Assembly: GCA_963796955.1 (NCBI GenBank)
Contig: CAWCNJ010000008.1
Span: 288,001 to 352,000, forward strand
Length of the DNA: 64,000 nucleotides
Origin: Endomicrobiales bacterium
GTDB lineage: Bacteria > Elusimicrobiota > Endomicrobiia > Endomicrobiales > JALOBY01
Direction of reading: 5' to 3'
In this document: positions 1 through 10,748 of the stretch, piece after piece
Layout: each line of letters begins with the position of its first letter
Position numbering within the stretch: position 1 is the stretch's first letter
Notes under the pieces: generated by a model
The model's input: only the letters and a program-made list of their open reading frames with translations
Database searches by the model: none
What the model was told of the DNA's origin: nothing
Translations under genes and position numbers: made by a program

Positions 1-3
1 TAC

Positions 4-780
4 ATGGGTTTCAATCAGCAAAACCCCCTTTATAAGAACCGGGATTTCAGGCTGGCCATTGCTTCGGCACTGGATAAAACACAGATAATCGACGGTGTAT
101 TACTGCGCATGGGCACTGCCGCTACCGGCCCCTTTGTACCGCAATCGTGGGCCTACGATCCAGCGGTAAAAGATTTTCCGTTTGATCCCGCGAAAGCACG
201 GACGCTTTTAAAAGAACTCGGCTTTGCCGACACGAACAACGACGGTTTTCTGGAATATAAAGGCGCTCCCTGGAGCCTGACGATCATGACGAACCAGGGC
301 AACAAAATGCGCCAGTTGACGTGTGAGATCATCCAATCCCAATTAAAAGCGGTCGGCCTGAAGGTCAATATCCGCGTGGTTGAGTGGAGCGCCTTCATAC
401 ATCAGTTCATAGACAAAAAGAATTTCGACTGCGTGGTGCTCGGCTGGTCTCTCGGCCGGGACCCGGACCAGTATTCCATCTGGAACAGCAAACAAACGAA
501 CGAAGGCCAGTATAACTTCATATCATACGCGAACCCAAAAGTAGATGCACTGTTGGAACGCGGCCGGCGCACCTTTAACCAAACTGAGCGCCAAAAGATC
601 TACCGTGCCCTGCACCGTGAGCTCCATGACGATATCGCCTATATTTACCTTTATTACCCGCTGTCTCTTCCGGCAGTCAACAAAAGGTTCATAGGGCCTG
701 AAGTAACCGCCGCTGGCCTCGGCTGGAACTTCCATAAATGGTGGGTACCTAAAGACAGACAGAAGTACTCAGTTCAATAA
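4..780 (+). CDS. Peptide ABC transporter substrate-binding protein, SBP family 5 (C-terminal part; gene begins upstream of the window)
   Basis: [48 protein letters not shown] motifs; directly upstream of permeases. Confidence 0.9.
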   Translation: MGFNQQNPLYKNRDFRLAIASALDKTQIIDGVLLRMGTAATGPFVPQSWAYDPAVKDFPFDPAKARTLLKELGFADTNNDGFLEYKGAPWSLTIMTNQGNKMRQLTCEIIQSQLKAVGLKVNIRVVEWSAFIHQFIDKKNFDCVVLGWSLGRDPDQYSIWNSKQTNEGQYNFISYANPKVDALLERGRRTFNQTERQKIYRALHRELHDDIAYIYLYYPLSLPAVNKRFIGPEVTAAGLGWNFHKWWVPKDRQKYSVQ

Positions 781-781
781 C

Positions 782-1753
782 ATGAAAAGCTATATAACCA
801 AACGATTGATAATGATACTGCCGATGTTACTGGGCATCACACTGATGACCTTCGGTGTTATGCATCTTGCTCCCGGAAAACCGACCGATGTTATGACAGA
901 TATGAACGCGAAGGTATCTTCATCATCACGCGCTCAACTCGTAAAATTATACGGCTTGGACAAGCCCTGGTATGTGCAATACGGCAACTGGCTTAAACGT
1001 TTCGTGCGGCTGGACTTCGGCAATTCATTCAGGGACAGCAGGCCCGCCATCAGCAAGATAGCTGAACGCCTGCCGGCCTCCATATTATTGAACCTCCTTT
1101 CTCTCGGCTTTATACTCGCGATAGCTATACCCATCGGAGTATATTCAGCGTTACATCGCAACACACTTTTCGACAGGGCGACCACCGTTTTCGTCTTTAT
1201 CGGGTTTTCAGTACCCGCCTTCTGGGTGGCCCTTCTGCTGATGATATTGTTCGGCCTGAAGCTCGGCTGGCTGCCTGCATCAGGTTTGCACTCCATAAAC
1301 TACAGTGATCTGACGTTTTTCGGCAAGCTCGTCGATACTGGACGCCACCTGATTTTGCCAGTCATCGTTTCCGCCTTCACAGGCCTTGCCGGCCTTTCTC
1401 GTTACACCCGCTCCAGTATGCTGGATACGCTTAGCCAAAATTATATCCGCACCGCCTACGCCTCGGGTCTGAGCGAACGACGTGTAATATTCGGCCACGC
1501 CTTACGCAACGCCCTTGTACCGATAGTCACTATTTTAGGCCTTTCCCTGCCGGCCCTTATCGGAGGAGGATTCATATTCGAAACCATATTCGCCTACCCT
1601 GGAATGGGCCGGCTTGGTTACGAAGCCATTATGGCGCGCGATTACCCGGTAGTAATGGCCACAGGAACAATTGCAGCTTTACTAACTTTACTGGGAAATC
1701 TATTGGCGGATATAACATACGGATTGGTTGATCCACGGATAAGGTATAAGTAA
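782..1753 (+). CDS. oppB: Oligopeptide/dipeptide ABC permease, OppB/DppB type
   Basis: YITKRL N-terminus, [35 protein letters not shown]-terminal DPRIR. Confidence 0.9.
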   Translation: MKSYITKRLIMILPMLLGITLMTFGVMHLAPGKPTDVMTDMNAKVSSSSRAQLVKLYGLDKPWYVQYGNWLKRFVRLDFGNSFRDSRPAISKIAERLPASILLNLLSLGFILAIAIPIGVYSALHRNTLFDRATTVFVFIGFSVPAFWVALLLMILFGLKLGWLPASGLHSINYSDLTFFGKLVDTGRHLILPVIVSAFTGLAGLSRYTRSSMLDTLSQNYIRTAYASGLSERRVIFGHALRNALVPIVTILGLSLPALIGGGFIFETIFAYPGMGRLGYEAIMARDYPVVMATGTIAALLTLLGNLLADITYGLVDPRIRYK

Positions 1754-1860
1754 TTACGGGAACAACATTGTTCTTTTAGTGCTCTGGAGCGTTGGGCAGT
1801 GTCATATAAGTTTTTCTCGGACTCGAACGAGAATAGTTGTAACAGAGGCAGTTTTAAATA

Positions 1861-2697
1861 ATGTTCACAGAATTCTTAAAACAATTTAGTAAAAACAAAC
1901 TTGCTGTAACAGGAGCTGCTATAATCCTGCTGCTGGCGATTATTGCTATTTTTGCCCCTGTGATATCATCCTTTGATCCTGCTGGACAAAATTTGATAGA
2001 ACGGCTTAGTGGACCAACGCACAAACACCTTCTTGGTACGGACGACCTTGGGCGGGATGTATTTTCGAGAATGTTGTACGGTGTTCGGATTTCATTAACA
2101 GTAGGCTTTGTGGCTGTCAGCATATCTGTTATAGTGGGGACTATATTGGGGTTGATCGCCGGCTACTTTGGCGGGTGGGTGGACACGGTTATCATGCGGA
2201 CGGTGGATATTATGCTGTGCTTTCCATCGTTCTTTTTGATCTTGCTGGTCGTGGCGTTTTTGGAACCCAGTATTTATAATGTGATGGCTGTTATCGGGCT
2301 TACCTCCTGGCCCGGGCTTACACGACTGGTGCGTGCGGAAACGCTTTCCATGCGAGAGCGGCAATTCGTGCAGGCGGCAAAACTACTGGGCACGGGCAAT
2401 ATCCGCATACTTTTCATGCATATTTTGCCTAACGTCATTTCGCCGATAATCGTTTCGGCAACACTCGGGGTTGGGGACGCCATTCTGACCGAATCAGGCC
2501 TTTCTTTTCTGGGCCTCGGTGTTCAACCGCCCGCAGCCTCATGGGGTCAAATGCTGACGATAGGCAAAGATTATATATATTTTGCCTGGTGGTTGTCGGT
2601 GTTCCCGGGCCTTGCCATACTTTGCACGGTGCTGTCATTCAATCTTTTGGGCGAAGGGTTACGTGATGTCCTGGATCCGAGGAGCGGAAAGCGTTGA
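1861..2697 (+). CDS. oppC: Oligopeptide/dipeptide ABC permease, OppC/DppC type
   Basis: HLLGTDDLGRDVFSR, HILPN, ESGLSFLGLG..ASWG, FNLLGEGLRDVLDPR. Confidence 0.9.
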   Translation: MFTEFLKQFSKNKLAVTGAAIILLLAIIAIFAPVISSFDPAGQNLIERLSGPTHKHLLGTDDLGRDVFSRMLYGVRISLTVGFVAVSISVIVGTILGLIAGYFGGWVDTVIMRTVDIMLCFPSFFLILLVVAFLEPSIYNVMAVIGLTSWPGLTRLVRAETLSMRERQFVQAAKLLGTGNIRILFMHILPNVISPIIVSATLGVGDAILTESGLSFLGLGVQPPAASWGQMLTIGKDYIYFAWWLSVFPGLAILCTVLSFNLLGEGLRDVLDPRSGKR

Positions 2698-3500
2698 GTA
2701 TCCTGCTCGATATAAAAAACCTTTCTGTTGAATATTATCGCGATGATGCCGTTATCAACGCGGTCAACGACTTTTCACTGCCTGTCTATGCAGGTGAAAC
2801 GGTCGGCATAGTGGGGGAATCGGGTTGCGGCAAAAGCACGATGGCGCTTGCCGTTATGGGTTTGATCAGCCCCCGGGAAGGACGGGTCACCGGCGGAGAA
2901 ATAGTTTTTGAAGGATCGCCGTTATTAGCCAGATCACCCGGACAATGGCAGGCCTTGCGCAGCAGGCATATCTCCATGATATTCCAGGACCCCTATACGA
3001 CATTTAACCCGGTGCTCAAGATCGGGGCGCAGATCGTAGAGTGTGTTAAGGCGCATCAAATGAACCTTACTCAGAATGAAACTGCAACGCTGGTGCACGA
3101 AGCGCTGATTGATGCGCGCCTGACGGACACTAAACGTATTTTCTCATCGTATCCTCACCAACTATCCGGCGGGCAGCTGCAACGATGCGCCATAGCCATG
3201 GCCTTGTGCAACAAACCGCAGTTACTGATAGCGGATGAGCCGACGACCGCGCTGGACGTTACTATCCAGCGGGAGATCATGGACCTGCTCGATACATTGA
3301 AAGCGGAACACAACCTGACCATACTCTTTATCACTCATAACCTGCCGCTGGCTCATGAACGCTGCCAGAAGATAGCGGTGATGTATGGCGGCACGCTGGT
3401 GGAATATTCGGATAAGGAAAGCATATTCACCGCGCCGCAGGATCCCTACACGCGTACGCTTATAAATTCCGTGCCGAAATTCGTCTCTTCAAAAACATGA
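2694..3500 (+). CDS. oppD: Peptide ABC ATP-binding protein, OppD/DppD type
   Basis: GESGCGKST, IFQDP, YPHQLSGGQ, ADEPTTALDV; TTG start overlaps the previous stop. Confidence 0.9.
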   Translation: MSILLDIKNLSVEYYRDDAVINAVNDFSLPVYAGETVGIVGESGCGKSTMALAVMGLISPREGRVTGGEIVFEGSPLLARSPGQWQALRSRHISMIFQDPYTTFNPVLKIGAQIVECVKAHQMNLTQNETATLVHEALIDARLTDTKRIFSSYPHQLSGGQLQRCAIAMALCNKPQLLIADEPTTALDVTIQREIMDLLDTLKAEHNLTILFITHNLPLAHERCQKIAVMYGGTLVEYSDKESIFTAPQDPYTRTLINSVPKFVSSKT

Positions 3501-4258
3501 ACACACTTTTGATCAACAACCTATCGAAGACGTTCAGGACCGGCAGCGGTTTGTTCGCGGGAGGTGAACACACCGTTCAGGCTTTGAACAATGCTTCACT
3601 TTCAATTGACGAGGGCTGCATACTGGGCCTTGTGGGAGAGTCGGGTTCCGGTAAAAGCACCTTAGGCAAGATCGTATGTAAATACTTTGAACCGGACTCC
3701 GGATCGGTTTTACTTTCTGGGAAACCGCTTCAAAGCTATTCACGACAGGAACTATCGCGCACCGTTCAAATGATCTTTCAGGACCCGTATTCCTCGCTTA
3801 ACCCGCGGCTGAACATTTCATCCGTACTTGCAGAGGCTATCCCGGGTTTCAAAGGCCGGGAAAGAATTGAAAAACTTACTTCGGTGCTCATATCCGTAGG
3901 ACTGGACAGCAGCGCCCTGAAATTATACCCGCACCAGTTCTCAGGCGGGCAGCGCCAGAGGATCGCGATCGCGCGCGCGTTGCTGAAGGAACCGAAGCTG
4001 CTTATCGCCGATGAGCCTCTCTCATCGCTCGACGTAACGATACAGGATCAGATCCTCGGGTTATTCAAAGAGCTGCGGTCTCACTATAACGTGTCGATAC
4101 TTTTCATTAGCCATGATATCGCCACAACGGCCGCCTTATGTGATACTATTACCGTATTGAAAGACGGGTCCGTCGTTGAAAACGGCCTGACAAATGATAT
4201 AATAAAAAACCCGAAAAATGATTATACAAGGAAATTGATCCTGGCGGTACCAACCTGA
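3497..4258 (+). CDS. oppF: Peptide ABC ATP-binding protein, OppF/DppF type
   Basis: GESGSGKST, FQDPYSSLNPR, YPHQFSGGQRQR, ADEP. Confidence 0.9.
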   Translation: MNTLLINNLSKTFRTGSGLFAGGEHTVQALNNASLSIDEGCILGLVGESGSGKSTLGKIVCKYFEPDSGSVLLSGKPLQSYSRQELSRTVQMIFQDPYSSLNPRLNISSVLAEAIPGFKGRERIEKLTSVLISVGLDSSALKLYPHQFSGGQRQRIAIARALLKEPKLLIADEPLSSLDVTIQDQILGLFKELRSHYNVSILFISHDIATTAALCDTITVLKDGSVVENGLTNDIIKNPKNDYTRKLILAVPT

Positions 4259-5679
4259 TGAAAAACATCGTTTCAACTAAAGCTATTATCAATACCGTTA
4301 CCAGGCTTGCCGGGCCGGACGCACACGTATATATCGTAGGCGGCTGGCTGCGTGATGAGCTGATGGGCAGAAAGACCTGCGACATGGACCTGGCATTGCC
4401 GGGTGACCCCGCAAAACTAGCCGCGGCTATCGCCAGGGAACTGAAAGGCAAGTGTATCCTGCTTGACGAAAAAAATTGCGTTTACCGGGTCATTTTATTC
4501 GATTCCGAGATATGCTGCCTTGACCTCTCAAAGTTCAAAGGCCCCACGATCGAGAAGGATCTGTACTTGCGGGATTTCACTATAAACGCGCTGGCACGGC
4601 CGCTTAACGGGACACAGCTGCTGGACCCGCTGGACGCGGCTCAGGATATATCGAAAAAGGTTGTGCGCTTATGCTCCGCCGACGCCTTCAAGCAGGATCC
4701 TCTCAGGATGCTGCGCGCCTTCAGGTTCAGCGCGGAACTTGGCTTTGACATCACAACGGACACTATACGGGCTATAAAAAAATATTATTCCTTGATAACT
4801 AAGCCGGCCGGAGAGCGGGTTCGCGACGAATTTTTCCGCATATTGGCCGTACCCCACGCCGCGCCGATGCTCATTCAAATGGATTCTCTGGGCGTTCTAC
4901 CGGAACTTTTTCCTGAAATAGCAGAAATGAAAAAGCACTCAAAGAAGTATTATTTTCATGAAGGCGGTCTCTGGGAACACGTCTTGAAAACACTGGAGGC
5001 CGTGGAAGAAGTACTGTCGCACATGGAACTTTTTCTGCCTGCCAGCCACGAACAGGCCGCGGCCCATTTTGCCAAGGCATACTCCGGCGGAATAACCCGC
5101 CCGGCCCTGCTTAAGCTTACCGCGCTTTTTCACGATCTTGCCAAACCCGCCTGCTATAAAAAAATAGAAGGCCGCGTTCGTTTTCTTGGCCATGACAGCG
5201 AAGGCGCGAAAATGTTCGAAAAACTCCTGCGCCGTCTTAAACTGAGCAGATCAGAGATCGATGCGGGCAGCCTGCTGGTGGAAAACCACATGCGCCCCAT
5301 AACCCTGACCCAGGCCCCGAAATTGACTCAGCGGGCGATGTTGCGGCTGTTCTCCATAACCGGCGACTATACGCCCGAGCTAATGGTGCTCTCTTTAGCG
5401 GACTGCCTTTCTTACCGGAACGTAAAAAAACAAATGAAGCTGACCCTGCCGTTCGCCCAGCAGGCCGCGCTCTTCGACAAGATCCTCAGCCGGTATTTTC
5501 AAAAGGAAGCACAGCCGCCCATGCCCAGGATCATTGACGGAAAGATACTGATGAAAAAATTGAAGCTTAAGCCGGGGCCGGAGATCGGCAGGCTGCTTAA
5601 GCTTGTTTCAGAGGCGCAGGCGCTGGGGAAGATCAGCACGACCGGCCAGGCACTTGCGCTCGCGAAGAAAAACCTGTAG
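4258..5679 (+). CDS. Class II tRNA nucleotidyltransferase with HD domain (possibly CC-adding type)
   Basis: VGGWLRD..DMD, RDFTINA, DPLRMLRAFRF, ERVRDEF, LFHDLAKP..FLGHD, PGPEIG. Confidence 0.85.
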   Translation: MKNIVSTKAIINTVTRLAGPDAHVYIVGGWLRDELMGRKTCDMDLALPGDPAKLAAAIARELKGKCILLDEKNCVYRVILFDSEICCLDLSKFKGPTIEKDLYLRDFTINALARPLNGTQLLDPLDAAQDISKKVVRLCSADAFKQDPLRMLRAFRFSAELGFDITTDTIRAIKKYYSLITKPAGERVRDEFFRILAVPHAAPMLIQMDSLGVLPELFPEIAEMKKHSKKYYFHEGGLWEHVLKTLEAVEEVLSHMELFLPASHEQAAAHFAKAYSGGITRPALLKLTALFHDLAKPACYKKIEGRVRFLGHDSEGAKMFEKLLRRLKLSRSEIDAGSLLVENHMRPITLTQAPKLTQRAMLRLFSITGDYTPELMVLSLADCLSYRNVKKQMKLTLPFAQQAALFDKILSRYFQKEAQPPMPRIIDGKILMKKLKLKPGPEIGRLLKLVSEAQALGKISTTGQALALAKKNL

Positions 5680-5694
5680 AATACAGGCTGCCGC

Positions 5695-6672
5695 ATGTAT
5701 TATGTGAAATTTGGGGGAAAGATGTCAGTGTACTCGATCCACATGCTCTACACCGTTGTATATATAATCACCGTGTGTTTTGTCGCCGTAGGCGTGTGGT
5801 TCGGTTTTCGCGCCTGGCGCCACAGAATAATCCGCAGTATCGAAGAATCCACCTCTCATTTGCAACGACGACTTAAGGAATCTGAAGAACGCGCAAGCGT
5901 GCTGAACGGTTTTGCAATGGACATAATCCATTCAGTCGATACTACCGGCCATATACTATCAGCGAACAACTATACCTGCAAGCTGCTCGGCTACGAGCAA
6001 AAAGAACTGCTGGACCGTCCGATGCAGCAGCTCTACGGCAGAGCCACCTGGCGGGCGCTGTTTTCCAATTTCAAAAAACTCAAGGTCGAAGGCGTACTGG
6101 TGCTGCCGAACGCCCATATGGTCCGAAAAGACGGCACGGTACTGGATGTGGATATCCACGCTATCTCTATTTATGACGAACGCGGGAACTTTGTAAAAGT
6201 GCGCTGTATCATACGGGATGTTACGGACCGGCGACGCTCAGAGAACATGCTGCGGCTGCTGGAAGCAAAATACCGTACGCTGGTTGAAACCGTGCCCGGT
6301 ATCATCAGCAATATCTCAACCGACGGAAAGATATTATTCATCAACGATTTTTCCACCGAGACCCTTGGCTACAGGCCCTCGGAACTGGAAGGACAGAACT
6401 GGTGGGAAACCTTTTACCCCGATACCCTGAATGAACAAGTGCCCGCCTTCCTGAGCGCGCTCAACGAGCATGGTGAACTGCGGGATTTCCGCATGACCCT
6501 GGTCAACAAACACGGAGCCCTGCGCACTTTTTCCTGGAATGCCCGCGCCATCCGTAACGCCGTATCGTACGATCTTGACGAAATACTTTTGATAGGCACG
6601 GATGTGGCGGAACGCAAGCGTCTTGAAGACTCTCTTTACGCGCAGAAGATTTCCTCTGCCTCCAATATTTAG
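5695..6672 (+). CDS. Membrane-anchored protein with two PAS domains and no output domain
   Basis: N-terminal hydrophobic helix; LLGY..ELL..RKDG..IRDVTDRRRSE and TLGY..ELEG..GTDVAERKRLE; exact start uncertain. Confidence 0.75.
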   Translation: MYYVKFGGKMSVYSIHMLYTVVYIITVCFVAVGVWFGFRAWRHRIIRSIEESTSHLQRRLKESEERASVLNGFAMDIIHSVDTTGHILSANNYTCKLLGYEQKELLDRPMQQLYGRATWRALFSNFKKLKVEGVLVLPNAHMVRKDGTVLDVDIHAISIYDERGNFVKVRCIIRDVTDRRRSENMLRLLEAKYRTLVETVPGIISNISTDGKILFINDFSTETLGYRPSELEGQNWWETFYPDTLNEQVPAFLSALNEHGELRDFRMTLVNKHGALRTFSWNARAIRNAVSYDLDEILLIGTDVAERKRLEDSLYAQKISSASNI

Positions 6673-6684
6673 TAATATGTACGC

Positions 6685-9600
6685 ATGAACGGGATCAAAA
6701 ACTACTCAAATATCGTTGGCGGCGGCAAAGCGCTTTTTGCTTTACAGCTGTTGAAAGAACATCCGCTGGTGCTTGTTTCCGTCGCTGAAGAATACCTGCC
6801 GGTACTGCAGAACAACCTTACGGCCCTTATCGCGGTGTACCCCTTTACGGACGCTATTCCGCTGCACTTTTTGCCTCCTGCCCAGCAAAAAGGCCATGCG
6901 GGGGCGCTGGCTGAAATAGCCATCTCCAAAAGAGGTCTGGTATTGACCGATACTAGAACCATCGGCGAGAATACGATCTCCGCTCAGCTGCTTAATGAAA
7001 AATCCCTCACACTGAACACCGGCACGGCATATAAATACGAAGAGCTGCTGGCACGGCTTACGGAACTCGGTTTCGAGCGTGCCGAATTTGTAGAAGACGC
7101 CGGGCAGTTCAGCAGAAGAGGCGAAATATTGGACGTCTGGGCGCCGGGCAAGGAAATGCCCTGGCGGGTAGTGTTCGGCTTTAACACCGTAGAATCCATC
7201 CGTGAATTCGATGCCGCGACCCAGCTTTCCGGCAATTTCCATAAACAATTATCTCTTTATCCGCTACACATTGCGGCGGAATCCGGGCTTGAAGCCTATG
7301 TGCCGGCCGGCTCTGCGATATACATAGATTCTGCCGTTAATGAAAGTATCGCCGAAAGATTCTCAAAGTTCCCGATATATGCCAACAACCCGCTTACCGG
7401 TGACGCTATCGACGCGGGTTTTCGCCCGTGCACCCGCTGGGAAGGGAAATTCGCGCTTTTCGCCCAGGACCTTGCCAGAGCCCACCGTGAAGGGATGCAG
7501 GGCGTTATCTGCTGTGCCAACGAAGGCGAACGGGAACGGCTGGAGGACCTTTTAGCGACCGCCGGTGTAGAAGAAGGCGCGGCAAAATTATCGGTCGCCC
7601 CTTTAGATGAAAGTTTTTACGCACCCGCCCTGAAGAGGGCGTATTTCAGCGCGCAGGAAATACTGTATAAAAGAAAACCCGTCAGCTTCCCGAAATTCAA
7701 AAGCGGCCGCCGACTTGAGACGCTGTGGGAGATATCAGCCGGTGATTTTGTGGTGCATGAGAAATACGGCATCGGCAGGTATCAGGGATTGAAACGCATC
7801 GCCCGGGGGGACCAGGAAAAAGAATATCTGATGATCGAGTATAAACACGGCGACCGTATCTACGTGCCCCCGGAAGATTTCCGCGTGGTTCAAAAATACG
7901 TCGGTACGGAAGGGCACCGGCCGCGACTCTACTCGATAGATACCTCCGCATGGGAAAAAGCCAAGACCCGGGCGAAAGCCGGGGCGGAGAAAATGGCCAA
8001 CGAACTGTTAAAACTATACGCGGGCAGACAGACCGTTTCAGCCCCCTCATTTTCGACGACAGCCTGGGAACGTGAGCTTGCCGACTCGTTCAGATATGAC
8101 GAGACCGAAGACCAGGTGCGGGCCATTGAGGAAGTTAACCGGGACCTGGAAAGCCCAAAGCCGATGGAGCGGCTGATCTGCGGCGATGTGGGTTTCGGCA
8201 AAACCGAGGTAGCTATCCGCGCGGCATTTAAGGTAGCTACCAACAGCGCGCAGGTGGCGATCCTTGTGCCGACGACCGTGCTCGCGGAGCAACATTACAA
8301 TACCTTTTCAGACCGCATGGCATCTTTCCCCGTCAAGGTGGCCTTTTTAAGCCGCTTTCAAGGTAAGGATGAACAGGCCGCTATTATCGCCGGCATCAAG
8401 GACGGCAGCGTCGATATCGTTATCGGCACGCACCGGCTGCTTTCAAAAGATATCTCGTTCAAAAACCTGGGGCTCTTGATAATCGACGAAGAACACCGGT
8501 TCGGCGTAAAGCAGAAAGAAAAGATAAAGGCCTTAAAGCAGAACGTGCATATTTTGTTACTTTCCGCCACGCCGATCCCGCGCACGCTCTCTTTCGCCAT
8601 GGCGAACCTCAGGGACCTCTCGCTGATAGAAACACCGCCGTACGGCAGGCTTCCCATAGAAACACATATGAGCGTTTACGACGAAAAAGTCGTTAAGAAC
8701 GTGATCGAAGCGGAGCTGTCCCGCGGCGGGCAGGTCTACTATGTGCACAACCGCGTGCAAACCATAATCGAGTCCGCCGCCGGCATCAAAAAAATGGTGC
8801 CGCACGCGCGGGTTGGCGTTGTGCACGGCCAGCTTTCGGCAACCCAGATAGAAGAGGCGATGTACCGCTTTATGCATAACGACCTGGATGTGCTGGTGGC
8901 CTCTACGATAATCGAATCCGGTCTCGATATCCCTTCTGCCAACACCATGATCATAGAAGAAGCCGAGGATTTCGGCCTCGCCCAGCTTTATCAGCTGCGC
9001 GGCAGGATCGGGCGGGAAAAACAAAAAGCGTATTGTTACCTCTTCTTTTCAAAGGGCGCACTCAGCGAGAATGCCAGCAAAAGGCTGCAGGCTCTCTACG
9101 AATTTTCCGAGCTGGGTTCAGGTTTTCGCCTGGCGCTGCGCGATACCGAGATCAGGGGAGCCGGCAACATTCTTGGCGCCGAACAGCACGGATTCGTTAA
9201 AGAGGTCGGTTTTGAACTTTTCAGCCGCCTGCTCGCCGAAGCAAGCCCCAAAATACGCGCGGCGGGTTCTGCTAAAGGCACGCCTGAAGATGAATTCACG
9301 CCGGAACTTTCCTTTCAGGCACCGGCCCTGCTGCCGGCCGATTATATAGAAGGCGACGACATACGTATCAGCTTTTATCGCAGGCTGGCGACCGTACGAA
9401 CACCCGAAGACCTGGCCAAAATACGCTATGAGCTTACCGACCGTTTTGGTACGCTGCCGCAACCCGCCGAGAACCTGCTCACGATCTCGGATATACGGAT
9501 AATCGCCAGGAACAACCGTATCGCGGCGATTACCGAATCAGATGAAGCGCTGACCGTTTATTTATCTAATTTTATCACCCTGGATCCGGAAAACATAGTG

Positions 9601-9753
9601 AAGCTGGGCCGCGATTATTCCCGTTGTATTGAGTACCTGCGGGGCGATAAAGCAGGCGTACGATTCAAGAAAGATGCCCTGGGGGCGCCGTTGTTCCAAT
9701 TTATGAAAGAATTCTTGTTAAAAATATCCAAGTATGCTATAATTTCGCAATAA
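6685..9753 (+). CDS. mfd: Transcription-repair coupling factor
   Basis: GQFSRRGEILD, GDFVVHEKYGIGRY, CGDVGFGKTEVA, DEEHRFGV, SATPIPRTL, GLAQLYQLRGRIGR, RDTEIRGAGNILG, C-terminal TRCF domain (ELTDRFG). Confidence 0.97.
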   Translation: MNGIKNYSNIVGGGKALFALQLLKEHPLVLVSVAEEYLPVLQNNLTALIAVYPFTDAIPLHFLPPAQQKGHAGALAEIAISKRGLVLTDTRTIGENTISAQLLNEKSLTLNTGTAYKYEELLARLTELGFERAEFVEDAGQFSRRGEILDVWAPGKEMPWRVVFGFNTVESIREFDAATQLSGNFHKQLSLYPLHIAAESGLEAYVPAGSAIYIDSAVNESIAERFSKFPIYANNPLTGDAIDAGFRPCTRWEGKFALFAQDLARAHREGMQGVICCANEGERERLEDLLATAGVEEGAAKLSVAPLDESFYAPALKRAYFSAQEILYKRKPVSFPKFKSGRRLETLWEISAGDFVVHEKYGIGRYQGLKRIARGDQEKEYLMIEYKHGDRIYVPPEDFRVVQKYVGTEGHRPRLYSIDTSAWEKAKTRAKAGAEKMANELLKLYAGRQTVSAPSFSTTAWERELADSFRYDETEDQVRAIEEVNRDLESPKPMERLICGDVGFGKTEVAIRAAFKVATNSAQVAILVPTTVLAEQHYNTFSDRMASFPVKVAFLSRFQGKDEQAAIIAGIKDGSVDIVIGTHRLLSKDISFKNLGLLIIDEEHRFGVKQKEKIKALKQNVHILLLSATPIPRTLSFAMANLRDLSLIETPPYGRLPIETHMSVYDEKVVKNVIEAELSRGGQVYYVHNRVQTIIESAAGIKKMVPHARVGVVHGQLSATQIEEAMYRFMHNDLDVLVASTIIESGLDIPSANTMIIEEAEDFGLAQLYQLRGRIGREKQKAYCYLFFSKGALSENASKRLQALYEFSELGSGFRLALRDTEIRGAGNILGAEQHGFVKEVGFELFSRLLAEASPKIRAAGSAKGTPEDEFTPELSFQAPALLPADYIEGDDIRISFYRRLATVRTPEDLAKIRYELTDRFGTLPQPAENLLTISDIRIIARNNRIAAITESDEALTVYLSNFITLDPENIVKLGRDYSRCIEYLRGDKAGVRFKKDALGAPLFQFMKEFLLKISKYAIISQ
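9715..9743 (+). promoter_or_regulatory. Putative sigma70 promoter inside the 3' end of mfd, serving the PPIase genes
   Basis: TTGTTA-17 bp-TATAAT with extended -10 TG (TGcTATAAT). Confidence 0.6.
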
Positions 9754-9779
9754 TTCGCAGTATGGAGGAACAAAAGAAC

Positions 9780-10730
9780 ATGAAGAGATTTCTAGCGCTT
9801 GTTTGTTTGTCGGCAGTTGCAGTCATGGGTTGTTCCAAAGGCAAGACCATTGCGACGATAGGCTCACAGTCAATCACCGCTGAAACAGTGCAGAAACGCA
9901 TCAATGAAACACCGCCCGTCTACCGCAATTTCCTTTCCACGCCGGCCGGGAAAAAACAGTTCATCGATCTGCTGGTGCGCGAACGCGCGGTCATAGAAGC
10001 AGCGAAGAAATCGGGCTTTGAGAACCGCAAGGAATACAAAGACTCCATTACTCAATTCCAACAGGATCAGCAGCGTAAATTGAAGGAATATAAAGAAAGC
10101 CTTTTGATGGAAACCTACCTGCAGGATCTGCGTAACAGCGATCTTAAGGTCACAGGCGCGGAAATAGATAAATTTTATAACGAGCACGCGGCGGATTACC
10201 AGCACCCGGAAGAAGTCGTCGCCCGGCATATCCTGGTACCCACTAAAGAAGAGGCTGAAAAAGCCCTTGCCCGTGTGACAGCCGGAGAAGATTTCGGCAA
10301 GGTAGCGGCTGAGATGTCCACGGACTCTGTTTCAGCGAAACGCGGCGGAGAGATCGGGCCGTTCCGTAAAGGCGATCTTTTGCCTGAATTCGAAGCAGCG
10401 GTCTTTCCTCTTAAGATCGGTCAGATCTCCGGTGTAGTAAAAACACAGTTCGGTTATCATGTTATAAAGAAAGTCTCTGAGAAAGTATTGCCCGCCGTAA
10501 GCGCTGAACAGGCGAAAGACGGCATCGGCCGCCTGCTTGAAAAAGAGAAATTCGACAAATGGCTGGAAGCGACAAAAAGCAAATACGGCGTTCGCGTTGA
10601 CTATGACGCTATGAACGCGGTTCCGGTCGCACAGGAATCGGCAATGCCGGCGACACCGGACAACATGCCGCAACAGGCGCAGCCTCAGCAACAGCAGACA
10701 CCGCCCGCTAAGACGAAGAAAGCAAAGTAA
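9780..10730 (+). CDS. Parvulin/PpiC-type peptidylprolyl isomerase lipoprotein (PrsA-like)
   Basis: GGAGGA at 9764-9769 favours ATG 9780; signal MKRFLALVCLSAVAVMGC with lipobox; ARHILV, GEDF, GGEIG, FEAAVF, TQFGYHVI. Confidence 0.88.
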   Translation: MKRFLALVCLSAVAVMGCSKGKTIATIGSQSITAETVQKRINETPPVYRNFLSTPAGKKQFIDLLVRERAVIEAAKKSGFENRKEYKDSITQFQQDQQRKLKEYKESLLMETYLQDLRNSDLKVTGAEIDKFYNEHAADYQHPEEVVARHILVPTKEEAEKALARVTAGEDFGKVAAEMSTDSVSAKRGGEIGPFRKGDLLPEFEAAVFPLKIGQISGVVKTQFGYHVIKKVSEKVLPAVSAEQAKDGIGRLLEKEKFDKWLEATKSKYGVRVDYDAMNAVPVAQESAMPATPDNMPQQAQPQQQQTPPAKTKKAK

Positions 10731-10748
10731 CAATCACAGGAGAAAACA

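Noticed and set aside
1754..1860. 107-bp AT-richer gap between oppB and oppC with weak hairpins
   Set aside because: No ORF, repeat or convincing RNA structure; may be a remnant of a lost insert but this cannot be supported
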